Positions 39,401 through 54,400 of a DNA stretch of 64,000 nucleotides are shown here, piece after piece. Below the pieces are notes generated by a model that saw nothing but the letters and a program-made list of their open reading frames with translations, did not search any database and was not told the origin of the DNA. The DNA comes from Octopus vulgaris. Lineage: Eukaryota. The position numbers and the translations under genes are program-made. Position 1 is the first letter of the stretch. Every line of letters begins with the position of its first letter. Where the stretch lies: positions 4,898,001-4,962,000 of the forward strand of contig OX597832.1 of the NCBI GenBank assembly GCA_951406725.2. The letters run 5' to 3'.

Positions 39401-42400
39401 GGGTTTAAAATGGCAAAACAGAAATACAGAATATGAACAAGAATATCCATCATTCCTTTTTAGACAAAAGGACATCATCAGATTTTGCTATGCCAGCTAT
39501 GCGACACTGGCATAGGCCCCAGCTATTTCACTTGGCTTGCTGAGTCTTCTCAAGCACAGCCTATCTCCAGAAGTATGGTCATTGTCATTGCCTCTGTGAG
39601 GCCCAATGTTTGAAGGTAGTACTGCATCACCTTATCCCAAGTCTTCCTGGGTTTACCTCTTCCACAGGTTCCCTCCACTGTTGGGGTGTGACACTGTTAT
39701 TTATAACATTGTTCGTGCATTTGTACTGGTTTTAGGGTTAGTGTTAGGGTTTAAGGGTTAGGGTGTTAGAGTTAGGGTTAGGGGTTAGGGTTAGGGTTTT
39801 AGGCTAAAGGTTTTAGGGTTTTAGAGTTGGGATTAGGGTTAGGGTTGGGATTTTAGGGTTAGAGTTATGGAAAAAAGTGAAAAATGAAGAAATTGGAAGA
39901 GGAGGGGGGCAAAAAGCAAAAATAGTAGCTGAAACACAGGAAAAAAACTAAAAGCAGTAGAAATGCACGAACAATTGTGGTGGTGGCATGAAGTAAACAT
40001 GCTTCAGATACACTCGTTTATTCATACAAACGTAACTGAGATGAAATATGTCATAAATAACAGTGACAAACGAAATATACACTGCTGGAAGTTGTTGATA
40101 AACAACAGCAGTAATTTTATTCAGCTGAGTACACGTCATTCATTAGTTGAAATTACTGCAATACGACAACTTTAACACAAACTTTTCTCAACAACACTAA
40201 GAGTAAAATATATTTTATATGACACATTCTACCAGTGTCCGAAGTTTGAAAGTGTTTAGTTACAAAAAATTAATTTCTCAATCTGCCGTTCAAAGGGTAA
40301 AGATCCCAATAACTTCTTAATTTTCCATGTTGGTATAGGTAGGAGACCATACTGCAAATCTGAATACTTGTATAGTGATGAAGAAAGTGTTTGTTTTAAA
40401 TTTTCTTTTTTTTTTTACCCATTCTGCAGCTAATCATTCAGAAAAAAGGAGTCATACTTTTATTAACCAAGGAAACTTAGACAAGTTGAGCAATTTTCCA
40501 AGAATACAACACAGTAATTATAGCAATGTTTCATATCATGATATTATGAAAACTTTAAACTTACAGTCTTTGTTTAGCTCTAACATTTCATATATGATTA
40601 TTCAAATTTACAACACAATGACTGTTAACATTAATAGCTTTTTTACTGTCATCTCAAACAAGAGTGAGTCCTTTTCTTTTAATACACAGATAGCATCTAT
40701 ACAATCACAAGATAGACTTGAACTAATTTCTATGTGCAATGACTTTCAAAGCTTACTTTAACAGTGGATGACAACTTAATCTGCTTCAACAGTACCAAGA
40801 TACAATTGCAACATACAACCCATGCTAGCATGGAAAGCGGATGTTAAACGACGATGATGATGAAGGAAATTGTTTTGATTCAAATTTCTTTACACACAAA
40901 CAATTAAAATGCAAATACCGGGACTCACAATTTTGAATGATCTCTCAGTACATTACCAAAATTGTATCCTAAAGACCAGGATTCCTCAAGACTGGAAAAT
41001 ACTTCAGATCAAAACACTTGCTAAACCTTTACAGGTAAAAGCTACACTGCTCAAGTAAAACCCATAGTAGAAAAATGCTCACATATCAAAAATGATGCAA
41101 CTGTTATAACTCACAAACATTCTGCATTGCATCCAAAAGAAGGCCATTTTGTCAGTCAGTTAATAATCTACAACCATTAGCTAAAAAATGTTATTTTCGT
41201 CTTTCTGCTTTGTTGATTGCTATTACAACAGATACAATACTTCTAAACTAACTAACAGCACACTCTGTCCATCCATGTTCATTTGACCTCTTACAACTCC
41301 CCCTGCTCAATTCCCTCCACTCTACATTTTTTTTTACAGACACATGCTTTCACTTCATCAGTTAAGGAGGACACTATGACTCTTCTGACCAACAAATGAA
41401 AAGAATAATATGAGAAAACAATAAAACATCAATTCTCTCATGAGATGTGTCCCTCTAGATAGAGTGGTATTTACAAATTTTTCAGTTGATTAACACCTTT
41501 ATACTACCTTGCCTAAGACCATCTTTGGTTCTATAGTATACACTTTCTATTTTTAAGTGATCTAAGTTAATATTTCCTAATTCAGATAAATTTCATGTTC
41601 CAAAGAACTTTATAACACGAAAGTTATTTTACTAAATTCTTCATTATTTCCAGAATTAATTGAAATAAAGAGAGTATTTCAACAGAAATGTAATACTGAA
41701 GAGGATAAGAAGCAAATTGCAACAATAAAAAAAAAACATGAAAATTAAACAACTTCTGTTAACTATAACTTATAATTAGCATAACATCTATTTTGATAGA
41801 AGACAATAATAGAGAACTATAATATTTAGCAGTTTTTTTTCCTCAATTTGTTAAAGGAAAAACCACGTGGGTACTGCATACCAATTGTGTGATACCAAAG
41901 AGGAAGTGGCTTTAAAAAGTAGAAAAGGGTTATGTACAAATTTGATCCCATGTACTCAGTGCAAACAATGGGCAGGCAGTAAAATGCAGTTAAATGTGAT
42001 GTCAGACAACAAGGAATTCAGATGTGCCACTTGTTTAGGCATGATTACTATTCTATTATTAATTATATCTGAACACAAAATAAAATCTATGAACTATTCA
42101 GGTGGAACAAAAGACATTAAAGATTCTTTCTGCTTCCCATATGATCTAATAAGTGCTTGGTGGTGAAAGTTACAATAGCAAAAGAAAGAAAAAGAGTGAG
42201 GATAATTCTCAATGCACAAGTTAGTTTATATAAAAAGTGTTATTTCTGCATGGTAATAAGATATGAGCAATGAATGAATAAAGATCTGCAAAGGTTGGAG
42301 AGAAATAAATGTAGCTTAACTTAATGAATATGCGACTTATATAAAAGGTTGAGAGCAACTGAGCTGAGAGAATATGTGGTATTAAAAGTTAAAGGTATGT

Positions 42401-45400
42401 TTAATGTATACAGGAGAGACATCCTTGTTGATCAGGAAATGATGTAAACACACACAGAGTGCTGAGCTAAGAAGTACTGAATGGAAGATACCACAGATCA
42501 AAGAAAACATAGAAGGAAGTGGGTAAGTTAGATCTGAAGATGTTGGGCTTCATACACAAAACAAGCTCAAGATCAAGTACTTTACCATGTTGCAAACTCA
42601 TCCATCCAGATCATGTAAATATGGAAAAGAGAAGTCATAACAATGATATGAGAAAACAATATGATGAAAGTGATGAAAACCAGTTTAAATCTTATGACAT
42701 AATAATAATAATACTTTCTATTATAGGCACAAGGCCTAAAATTTTGGGGGGAGAGGGCTAGTCAATTCTATCAACCCCAGTGTGTGACTGGGACTTATTT
42801 CATCAACCTAGAAAGGTTGAAAGACAAAGTTGACCTCGGCATAATTTAAACTCAAAATGTAAAGACAGACAAAATGCTAATGATTCTGCCAGCTCGCTGC
42901 CTTAAATGATAATAATAATGATGATGATGATGATGATAATGTAGCCACAACAGAAGTTGCTGGAAAAAATAGGTGGGATTGGTTGAAGGAAAAAACACTG
43001 AAAAAAAGAGACTGAGAGCACTATACTGGCAGCACAAGACCGAGCTTTGACCATTAATTGGAGAGTCACCCTTAGGAGTAAGGAAGTGTCTCCATTGTGC
43101 TGCATCTGTAATAGAGTGGATGAAACCATTGACCATATCATGAATGAATGCCACAGACTTGCCTAAAACCACTACACATTGTGGTGACACAATAAGGTAG
43201 CGAAAGTGCTACATTGAAAATTGCGCAAAAAGTGTTGGCACAAACCGCAGAGAGTGGTGGAGTCAGAGACTTGCAAAATCCTCTGGGATTTCCCAATCCA
43301 AACAGGTCAGGTGCTAGAGTATAACAGACTGGACCTAGAGGTGGTTGACAAGATGCACCACATGTGCTATATAGTTGATGTGTGCCCCTTTGACCCATGA
43401 ATAGTCAAGAAGGTAGGTTAAAAAATAGATAATACAATTCTCTTAAGTATGAAATAGCCCAGCTAAGGAAAATGAAGAAGGTGAAGATAGAGCCAATTGT
43501 TGGATCCTTGGGGACAGTATCAGAATGTATCAAGAGGAATATAAAGGAAATTGGAATAGAGTGCCCAGTAGAACTGTTACAAAAGGTTTGCCTCCTTGGC
43601 ACAGCCAAAATAATCAGGAAAGTATTAGATAGTTGAAAAGGACAGATAGCATGGTATTATAGGCTGCAGGCAGCAAGCCTGCTATGTATGCAAGTCTCTA
43701 GAAGTTCCAACAAAACCTGTGAAAAAAAGAAGTAATAACAGTGATGATGATGGTGATGATGATAGCATACCACATTTATGGATCTTGAAATCGCTGGACA
43801 TTTTCCAATTTTCTCCTGAAACTTCAAACTTCCAGAAGCATAATATGTCATTGTGGAATACAAATCTTCAATTATATCACTCTAATGGAAGGATAACTTC
43901 AAACAATATTAACCTCAGCTGTAACGTTTTCAAAGGTGACTCACTTTCACCTCTAGTTTTTTGCATGGCCCTAATACCTCTTACAAGTGAACTTAACAGA
44001 AAAGGGTATGGGTATAAAAGTGACAACAAGAAAATATGCCATCTATTTCATATGGATGACTTAAACTTATGGTAAAGGCAATGACGAACTTGAAAGCCTA
44101 TTATATACTGTGAAAGCATTCAGTGATGACATCTGGATGTAGTCTGGTCTTAATAAATGTACCAAGACCATTTTCCAAAAAGGGAAATTGAAAACCTCAA
44201 ATTCAGTCGTGCTAGATGTTGACACAATTATAAAAGAACTTGAGCAGCAACAAGCTTACAAATACCTAGGACTAAATGAAGGCACTGGCATTCAGCATGC
44301 AATCATGAAAGAGAAGATCAGGAAGGAATGTTATAGGAGAGTTAAAGCAATCCTGAAATCTGAACTAAATGCACGTAACAAGACGTTAGCCATAAATTCC
44401 TTAGCAGTTCTAATTGTTATAGCTTCAATGTGTTGAACAGGAATATCAGTGAAATAAAGAAAATTGGAAAATACATAAACTGCTGACTTTCAATAAGATT
44501 CACTACTCGAAGGCAGATGTGGATTGTCTTTACCATCTCAGAGCCCAAGGAAGTTGAGGTTTGATCTAGTTTGAACTCTCTTACAAAACCACCACAAATG
44601 AACTGGTCAAATATCTTGAAACATCTAACGACCAGATGCTAAAACTCATTGAAAATCATAATAATGATAATAATAATCTTTTCTATTGTAAGGACAAAGC
44701 CTGAAATTTGGGGGAAGGAATTAAGTCAATAATACTGACCCAAGAGTGCAACTGGTACTTATTTAATCGACCTCAAAAGGATGAAAGGCAAAGTTGACCT
44801 TGGCGGAATTTGAAATCAAAACGTAGCGACTGGCAAAATACTGCTAGGCATTTTGTCCAATGCACTAATGATTTTGCCAGCTCACTGCCTTAATAATGAT
44901 AATAATGATAATAATAATAATAACTATAGATAAAATATTAAATTTCTCCCTAGAAACCAAAGAAACCAGAGTAACATTCACAGACAATAAGTGACCTGAC
45001 AAAATGCGGAATAAAATGGTTTACTCAGAAACACATTAAAACATTTACAACAGATTTGAACTCTTAATTCAAGAGTTCAAATATTCCAATACATCATCTA
45101 CTCAGTCATCTTATGTTTATAAATGAATTCTGATGTCATACTAAAACAGCATTAACATTTCGTAGATCAAGGCATGCTAAACGTCTCTTTAAAATATATC
45201 ATCGTGCTTCAAGTTTCCAAATAAATATATACAAGCCTTTTTAGAAAATCTTTTAAAATACTACCATAACTTACCCGATAGCGAACTGAATATGTATAGT
45301 CAAATGCTATCTCATCTTTATTATCAGCTTTGATAGCCAAAGGAGGTCCAGAACATTTTCCATTTTTGAAACTAAACAGAAAAAACATCATTTAATTATT

Positions 45401-48400
45401 TTTAATAAATATACAGATATTTTCACATCTAATGTTTGATATTCTTTTTCTCATGCGTTATTATCTAAAGGTAACTTATGCAATAAGTTATCTAATCTCT
45501 TCAAGATCTCACAATAGACAAACAAATAAATCAATTTATTCATGATGTTCCACAGTCAGTTTACCGGGTCTATTTGAAATTCAAATCAAATCAAATTACA
45601 AAACAATTCAAAACTTTGTTCTTCACCTGTACTAACTTCAATCATTACAATAGATAGCAGAATTGATAGAGGGATAAGCAAAACACCTTGTAGGATTTCA
45701 TTATTCTCTTTATCTTCTGAGTTGTGTGCTGATAAAAGAAGTACTAGTCAAGTAACAGATCAGTGTAATTCACTGTACCATCCCCCGTGTTCTTCTGCCT
45801 CTCATGGAAATCATTATTTATAGAAGGGTACATAGCACAACTGAGATAGTTGATTACTAGACTAAATGCATTATATTATAATTCCTCCCACTAAGTTTTG
45901 AATTCAAATCCTGTCAAGTTCTAGTTCATCTTTTATTATGTCAAAGATAATAAAATAAGTCTTGTAATATTGAAGTATAATTACATAATCTGGAATCAAT
46001 GCAATCAACTCAATATTGCTGCTCCAACAACTGAGCTTATGTGGAAGTAAATCTTTGATGTTATTGTTACTATTTGGAAGAAGTGAAGGGAGGGGAATGA
46101 TGACTCATTTTCCACTAGAGTACAAGATGAGGGGTACAATTACAAAAACACATTATGTGAAAGGGTTTACATCGAAAATCAAACGAGAAAAAAACAAACA
46201 AACATGAAATACAAGTATATACTGCATACAAATAATGGACGATGATGACAATGCAGTCCTCCTGATACAGGAGGACCTCTATCAAGGGCCTATCAAAGAA
46301 GCTCCCAGATCCAAGATCACCTTGAACACCAAGGTAAAGTGCTCTTTCCAACTGCCATTCTCTGACTACAAGTGTATATTTATAGCAGTCCCCATCAACT
46401 CTTTGCCATTTTCACCATTTTTACCCATCTTCTAATAAATCTACTTGAGGACAGCATTCCCTCTCCACTCATGCTTTCCTTTCCAAGTGAAACTTTAAAA
46501 AAAAGTCAATGAGGCTCTGTCAGACCACTGCCAGTGATGGGAATGAGTTTTAGGGTCCAGAGGTATGCTAAAGTCCATGAGGCTAAGGTTGAAACAGAGA
46601 TGAGGTTAGATGCTGTAAATCCCTCAGCCCTTTGAAATGATAGGTTTACCATCCTCCTGTGTATTGTCTGCCACCCATTTCCATCATTGTCCATCACATA
46701 ACTATTTTCACCATAGCCACCACACAAAGGACAACTGCCTTCCCTAACTGGTTAAAGGAAGGCAAAAGGGCAATCATTACAACGGACTCAGTTGATAAGG
46801 CAGATCTGTCCCACATGAAGTTAATGCAGCGTATACTCTTTGTTGAGTGATAATCTTGAAAGTTCATTACAATACTCCCTAGCCCACTTGCTATATCTTT
46901 TATTTTGTTGCAATAGTAAGTGGTGGTGGTGATGACAGCAAGGATTCCAAAATCCACTGTGAACGTGCTAGTAGCAATGTCAGTTGAAGAAATGATAGAA
47001 CTACCGTGTGCTGTTGTGATAATTTTGAAAGCAGTGCTGTTTTTAATGTAACTGGCCTTCTTTGGGACTAGCAAGCTATAGTTGGTGGTGAATGTGCTAT
47101 TGCTTTTGCTGCCATGACAACAACATTGCTTTCAAATTCTAGTTCCTCCTCACAGTAGTCAACAAGCACTCAAAAGAGAGGAAAAAGAAAGGAAATTTTG
47201 GCAAAAACTTATAGGACTGAGAATCAGCAAGGTTTCTTGCTCCACCATTAACAACACTCTTAAGAAGGTAGAATGAAGATTTAGAAAAAGTGCTTTCTTT
47301 TTACAAAAGCTTTGGTAACCTAAATAAAAAATAAAGTAATTATTGGCAGGTGGTTAGAATGCGGCAGGAAGACAAATTCTTCAAGCCAAGGTAACCAGCA
47401 GTTGACCTAAGGGGAGATCACAAGCGTGATGGTTGAATAATATCTATAGTCTCAGCTGGTCATATTTGGGAGTCCAGCAGGAAATTTTAATGATCGTTTC
47501 TGGGAGGAGGTAGCTGAGGACACTGTACCCCAACAACCTCCAAGGAATAGTGGGTGGTGAAAATGGATGCATGGAATTACAATGAGAAATGATGAATAAA
47601 TAGCAGACACGAGAGCTAATTTCTAAAGCTCATCAATTTCTGAAATATCAGTTTCAAATTTTGGCATAGGGCCAGCAATTTTAGGAGAGGAGTAAGTCAG
47701 TTACATTGGATCCCAGTATTCAACTGGTACTTATTTTATTGACTCCAAAGGGAAGGAAGGCAAAGTCAACCCCAGCAGAATTTGAACTCAAAACGTGAAA
47801 ACGGATGAAATACTGCTAAGCAGTTTGCTTAGTATTTGATTCAAAACATGGCTGTTTAGTAATAAATTCAAAAAAATTTTGAAATCTAGAAAGTACCTGC
47901 GTGGTGTAACTCTGGCTGATATAATCCTTCCACCTTTGCCAGTTAAAGATTCTCCCCAATCTTCCTGTTTTCCACTGTGATAAGTGATATCTATATCAAC
48001 ATGGTTAAAGAGGTAATAGGTATTCGTCTCAGTGTATGAATCCTAAAAATAAACACAAAAAACATTTCATTAACATTTCATGAGGATATAAGATTTGCTA
48101 AAAATCAAAATTGATCAGCATCAATGAAATTTGTAGTTGTGATACCAGTGCCGGTGGCACGTAAGAGAACCATCCGAACGTGGCCATAGCCAGCACCGCA
48201 TCGCCTGGCCTCTGTGCCGGTGGCACGTAACAAACACCATCCGATCGTGACCGTTTCCAGCCTTGCCTGGCACCTGTGTCGGTGGCACGTAAAAAGCACC
48301 CACTACACTCACGGAGTGGTTGGCGTTAGGAAGGGCATCAAGCTGTAGAAACACTACCAGATCTGACTGGGCCTGGTGCAGCCTTCGGGCTTCCCAGACC

Positions 48401-51400
48401 CCAGTTGAACCGTCCAACCCATGCTTGCATGGAAAGCGGACGTTAAATGATGATGATGATGATTTATTTATTTACTTATTTATCTGTTTACCTATATAAG
48501 TTTTGCATCTTTTTCTCCCTCACACATGTAGAGCATGCCACAGTACACCAGTGCTTATCCCACTATAAACTGTATTAAGCAACTCAGAAAGAATTTACAA
48601 ATGGTAAGATTTTAGTTCAATACTGTAAACATTTCAAATGATTATAGAATAGCAATACATACAAAAGAAGTATTGGCACTTCTTTATACTCTGAACTAAT
48701 TCTCCACTCTAAACAGGGAAACTTAAAGTTGAATTAGCTTCGTCTCAATAAATTATACTGACAACATTTTAGCCCCTAAACTGATCTCTTAAACACTCCA
48801 ACAGCTATCGAAATCGATCAACATCAATGGAAATTGCAGCTGTGATACCAGTGCCAGTGATACGTAAGAAAACCATCCGAACGTGGCTGTTGCCAGCGCC
48901 GCCCCGACTGGCCTCGTGCCAGTGGCACGTAAAAAGCACCATCCGATCGTGGCCGTTTGCCAGCCTCGTCTGGCACGTAAAAAGCACCCACTACACTCAC
49001 GGAGTAGCTGGCATTAGGAAGGGCATCCATCCATGGAAACATTGCCAGATCAAACTGGGCCTGGAGCATCCTTCTGGCTTCCCAGACCCCAGTTGAACCA
49101 TCCAACCCATGCTAGCATGGAAAGCGGATGCTAAACGATGATGATGATGATGATGAAAGTGGAAAAAGAAGGATAAAAAAATGAATAAAAATAGTAATGA
49201 ATTAAATAAAAGAGGCGATTATAAATTATTAATATGTATTAAAGTCAATTTTTAAAAGATCATTTTTCATGTGACATGAACCTATACAGTAACTAAAATA
49301 ATGCATAATTACAAAATCATTTATTTTAGTTAAAATATAGTTATACAATTACCGTAAAAAGCCATGTAATTTACGAACCTGTGTAATCTACACATATGAT
49401 TTTCAGGATAAAAATTGTTAAAAAAAAGCTTATACTCATGTAAAATTCACACCCAAAAGTTTTCAGAATTGCCAATAAGGCCAGTGGGAAAAAGGTTTTC
49501 AATTTAGTTGTATTTAGCATAATTTCACTTATTTAAGATTAGATTTTATCAAATTTTCATTGAATAAAAATTTTTGTTTAACAGGTATCACATTAAAAGC
49601 TATTAATTTACAAAGTGTTTGTGTTGTCTTTTCAGCATCATTATCATCGTTTAACGTCCGTTTTCCACGCTAGCACGGGTTGGACGATTCGACCGGGGTC
49701 TGGGAAGCCAGGGGCTGCACCAGGCACCAGTCTGATCTGGTAGTGTTTCTACAGCTGGATGCCCTTCCTAACGCCAACCACTCCGCGAGTGTAGTGGGTG
49801 CTTTTTACGTGCCACCTGCACAGGTGCCAGGGGAGTCCGGCATCGGCCACGATCGGTTGGTGCTTTTAACATGCCACTGGCACGGAAGCCAGCCAAGGCG
49901 TCGCTGGCATCGGCACGTTCGGATGGTGCTTTTTATGTGCCACCAGCACAGAAGCCAGTCGAGGCGGCGCTGGCAACGGCCACGTTCGGATGGTGCTTTT
50001 TATGTGCCACCAGCACAGGTATCACAGTTGTTAAGAATTATCAACAAAAACAAAGCTGATGAATACACATAGACATAGCAAACTAAGTTTAATTACCAAT
50101 AAACATCAGCTTGGATGACACTCGACCAAGTTAAATATGTAAAATATGGCCCAGACTGTAGTTACCAGCATGTACATCAGACTTCAAAAAGTAGTTAACC
50201 ATTTAATGGTTTTAGTAAAATTGTACAGAAAAAGTAAGCATTATACTGTCCAGCATAAATAAAAGTCAACTTCATTAGATGAGTCAACTTCCGGTACGAA
50301 TGTTTACATTTTGTATGTCATTTTTCAACAACAATACAATTCTAAAAAAATTCTGGAAACGATCTACTCATGTAATTTACGCACCCCTAAAGTTTAGTTT
50401 CATTTTTGCAAAAAAGAAAAAAGTGCATAAATTACATGGATTTTTTACAGTACACATTTATTTCTTGTAATTTATCATCATCATCATCATCATCATCATT
50501 TAGCACCCATTTTCCATGCTGGCATGGGTTGGACAGTTTGACCAGAGTTGGCAAGTTGGACAGCTACCCCAAGTTCCGGTCTAATTTGACTTGGTTTCTA
50601 CAGCTGGATGTCCTTCCTAATGCCAACCACATTACAGTGTGTGCTGGATGCTTTTAATGTAACACCAGTATTATTGACTATATTTTAACATCGGGTGATA
50701 AACTGGCTGTTTTGCTTAAGAAGCTCACTTTTCATCCACATGGTTTCATGTTCAGTCCCACTTGGACAAATGTCTTCTACTATAGCTTTGGGCTGACCAA
50801 TGCCTTATGAGTGAATTTGGTTGATGGAAATTGTGTGGAAGCCTGTCATGTGAGTGTATGTGCATGTATATTATGTGTGTGTTGTATGTGCGAAAGCATA
50901 GGAATGTGTCCTACCTGAAAACCAAAGCAGTTTTCTTTACATTCCTGTAACTTAGCAGTTTGGCAAAAGAGACTGATAGAATAAGTACCAGAAATCAGAC
51001 TTAAAAATAAGTATTGGGGTCAATTTGTTCTACTAAAACCCTTCAAGACAGTTCCCCAGTATGGTCACAGACCAATGGTTGTAACAAGGAAAAGATAAAC
51101 GGCTTTAAAAATTGCATTGATGCATATAAATCATTCCTAACTGAGGAATTTCTAACAATCAACAAAATAGTCAATAACTATACATAATCTGAATTTAAAA
51201 TAACAAGGGAAAATATCACATAATACATACTCTTGTCCGACATATGCCTTTTCTGTAGCCATCTTTTGTAACATAACAACCAATAGGGAAGCCAGTATTA
51301 CAATGGTGTTTGTTGTTTTCAACATCATAGCACCAGGTGATTGGCATATTATCAATAATCCTTGAAATGACAAAAAGAAATCAATGAAGTAAAATATATA

Positions 51401-54400
51401 CTGATGCTATTTTATTTTATTTTAAGACAAATAGAAATCAAGTAAAAACTTTATTTAAAACAAAGTTAAACTTTACCAGTGGTGTCGATATTCCAGGCTA
51501 ATACCCCTCAAGATGAAGTCAAGTTTGCTTTTTGAAACTGCACTGTTTTTTTCATATTTCCTTTGGCAGACTTTCTTGCAAGTAATATCTGTTAAAAATG
51601 TCATCTGAAATAGCAACCAAAACAATAACATTTTAATATATATTTCAGAATATTGCAAAATATTTTGGAAATAAAATCATTAGAATAAGTCATTGTCTTT
51701 AATTCCAAGATTATGAAATATAGTAAGCAGTCTAATAATGAATATAAGAAATTTAAATGAAAGACTTAAACCGTAACTTTTATTTCAAGTAACCCTTTTG
51801 GTACCAACTTGCCTGACACCAACCCTGGTTCTATGATACAAACTTCTTACTATAAAGTGATCTAAATTAAAACCTTTATGTTCCAAACACAAGCTTAATA
51901 ATGGCTTCAAATTTTGGCACAAGGCCAGCAACTTGGTGGTGGGGTGGTGAGTCAATTACATCAACCCAATACACAACTGGTACTTATTTTATCGACCCTG
52001 ACCTCAGTGGAATTTGAACTCGGGACATAAAGACAGATAAAATACCACCAAGCCTTTTACCTGGCATGCTTATGATTCTGCCAGCTCACCACCTTAAACA
52101 CAATCTTAATAATGGCAGTTATTTTAATAAATTCTTTGTTATTTTCAAAATAAATTGAAACAAAGGCAGTGTATTTCAACAGAAATGTGATAACAAAAGG
52201 ATTAAAAATAACATATTGGTTATATTAACAGATGCATATATACATTTACATAGCTACATAATTATGCATTCATACTAGCAGAACCTGTAGAAATTCCATA
52301 GTTGTTTTGAAAATAGTAAACTGGTTGGAGGTTTATAACTGTGAAATATCATTCAACCATGGTAGTGGTTGAAAATATTCTTAAGTCCACCATTTCATCA
52401 ATCGCAATCCATGACCCTGTAAAGAAGACTGCTAGATAATGTTGGTCTACTCAGAAAAACTCTTATATGTATCATAACAATTTTCAGTTAATCATTATAA
52501 TACACTTTTTCTTAGCTAAAACTTCACATCATGATGTTCTTTCATGGTGGCCACAGTCTTTGAGCCCTTCTGACATCTGACTGCTACCACAAAGACAACT
52601 TATCCACATCAAATTACTTCGAAACAATCTCTGCCCAGCAAATCCTCAGGTATTTTTCAGCTCTATCAATTCTAGGCTGACAGCTCTAAGCAAAAGACAT
52701 GCACCATTCTGAACCAGTTTGAGACAACTAAATGGAAGATTGAAACAATACTCATCGATGTATTCCTTAACAGCACTCAAACAACCATAGTCCACAAACA
52801 TCAATAACTCCTATGCAAATGTAGAGCCTAAACTCCCAGCCAGGAGAAAACCACTTATGGTCACTATTTTTGTAACATGTTTACACAATATCGTAACTAA
52901 TGCAAGACATTCGTCTTGTATATACACAGCCTGCAAATTTTTTTGCCTCCCAGATTCTAAGTATACTTTCTGACTGCTTAGAATCTGTTCAAGAATATTT
53001 CTTTCAACTCTGCAGAATGCTCCTTAAGCATATATCCCAACCCAATGGCTCTTATAAACATGAATCCTGTGAACAAAATGACCATATTCATTATTTTGCT
53101 TCCATTCCACACAGCACATACACACAACTGCCACTCTCATCCCCCAATCTCTGCTTATCCTAAGACTGTTATTGCAGATACATCAAATAGTTTATATGCA
53201 TACTGGAATCTATCCTAACCAAACACTTCAACTTCAATTTTTTTGTGGGTATCTACCCCAACTTCAAGAAAAACAAACACTACAATATCCCCAAAAATGT
53301 AAACCCTCAGACACTGTCAACTATCCACCTTAGATTTCTTTCACTACATTGTGACAAAAAGACTTAACATAAAGAATGCAAGTCTCATGGAGACGCATGT
53401 TTTCTTATTACTCACAAGTAGTCCTTTATCCTTGTGAACTTCAGCAAAGTATCTGACAACAAATATTCAAGGACCTTCTAGCTAAGTTGTGTCGGTCTTC
53501 CATTTCTTGGATTAGTAGTTTCCAGTTAGGCTACTCTTGCTTCAAGTTTCAGTATAGCACCCATACACTTTCTTCTGTAAATATCAATAGTCTAATTGCT
53601 GCTGCTTCTAAGCAATTTTCTCCTATATAGATGGTACTATACGTCACAGCTCATTTTCTATAGAACAAAGATGCAAGTATCCAGAGTCACTCACAGATGA
53701 TCATGGAGTTAACTACTAAGACTACAAGCAGAATAATTTTAGATCATACAGACATGACAATAAGAAACATTACCTACAAGTTGCATGTATAATGTAAAGG
53801 TTGATGAAATGTGTGCCAATTTGTATGAGGCAACAATTAACAATTTATCAATCACCTTGTGAAGGGTAAACGAAGAGATGAGATGGGATCTGCCACAAAA
53901 TTCACTAACAAGCAACATTCTGATGTTATAATTACTATCAAATAAATTATTTGGTTAATTTCCCTTAGAAATAACTATTCTCACTTTGAAGTGGCAAAGT
54001 TCCATTTTCAAATAGTTAATCTCACTATAAAATGTCAAGGCCTTCACTTTGAAGTAACCTGTACACACTTAAAGGTACAAGAACTATGGTCTTCATAAGC
54101 AATAAGAGGGTTCAAAGCTGATTATCATTGTGAAAGTGAAAAAAGAGGTCAACAAGGAATATACATTGTTAATAAAGAGATAGTAAGATAAATTGTTAAA
54201 CTTTTGTTGAGATTAAGTTAGAGATCTAATCAGCCCAAACCAGCCCTGCCAGTCTATACTATTTTGTTTTATTTATCTTAAACAATTACTATAGGAACTT
54301 AAAAAAAGGCTTTAAAATGACAAATGAAGAAAGGGTCATATAGCCAACACTGCCATATTTTATAGAAGAAATATGTATTAAAACTGTTAACTGATTATGT

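Noticed and set aside
39732-39868. True telomere or chromosome-fusion site
   Set aside because: Short, degenerate, single orientation, intronic and bracketed by inverted repeats
48130-48310. Regularly spaced ggcacgtaa repeats resembling a CRISPR array
   Set aside because: Eukaryotic context; the spacers are homologous to each other, and the array is the tandem unit of the RTE 3' UTR
52510-53400. A/C-rich stretch resembling a decayed LINE or PLE
   Set aside because: Too degenerate to assign by eye
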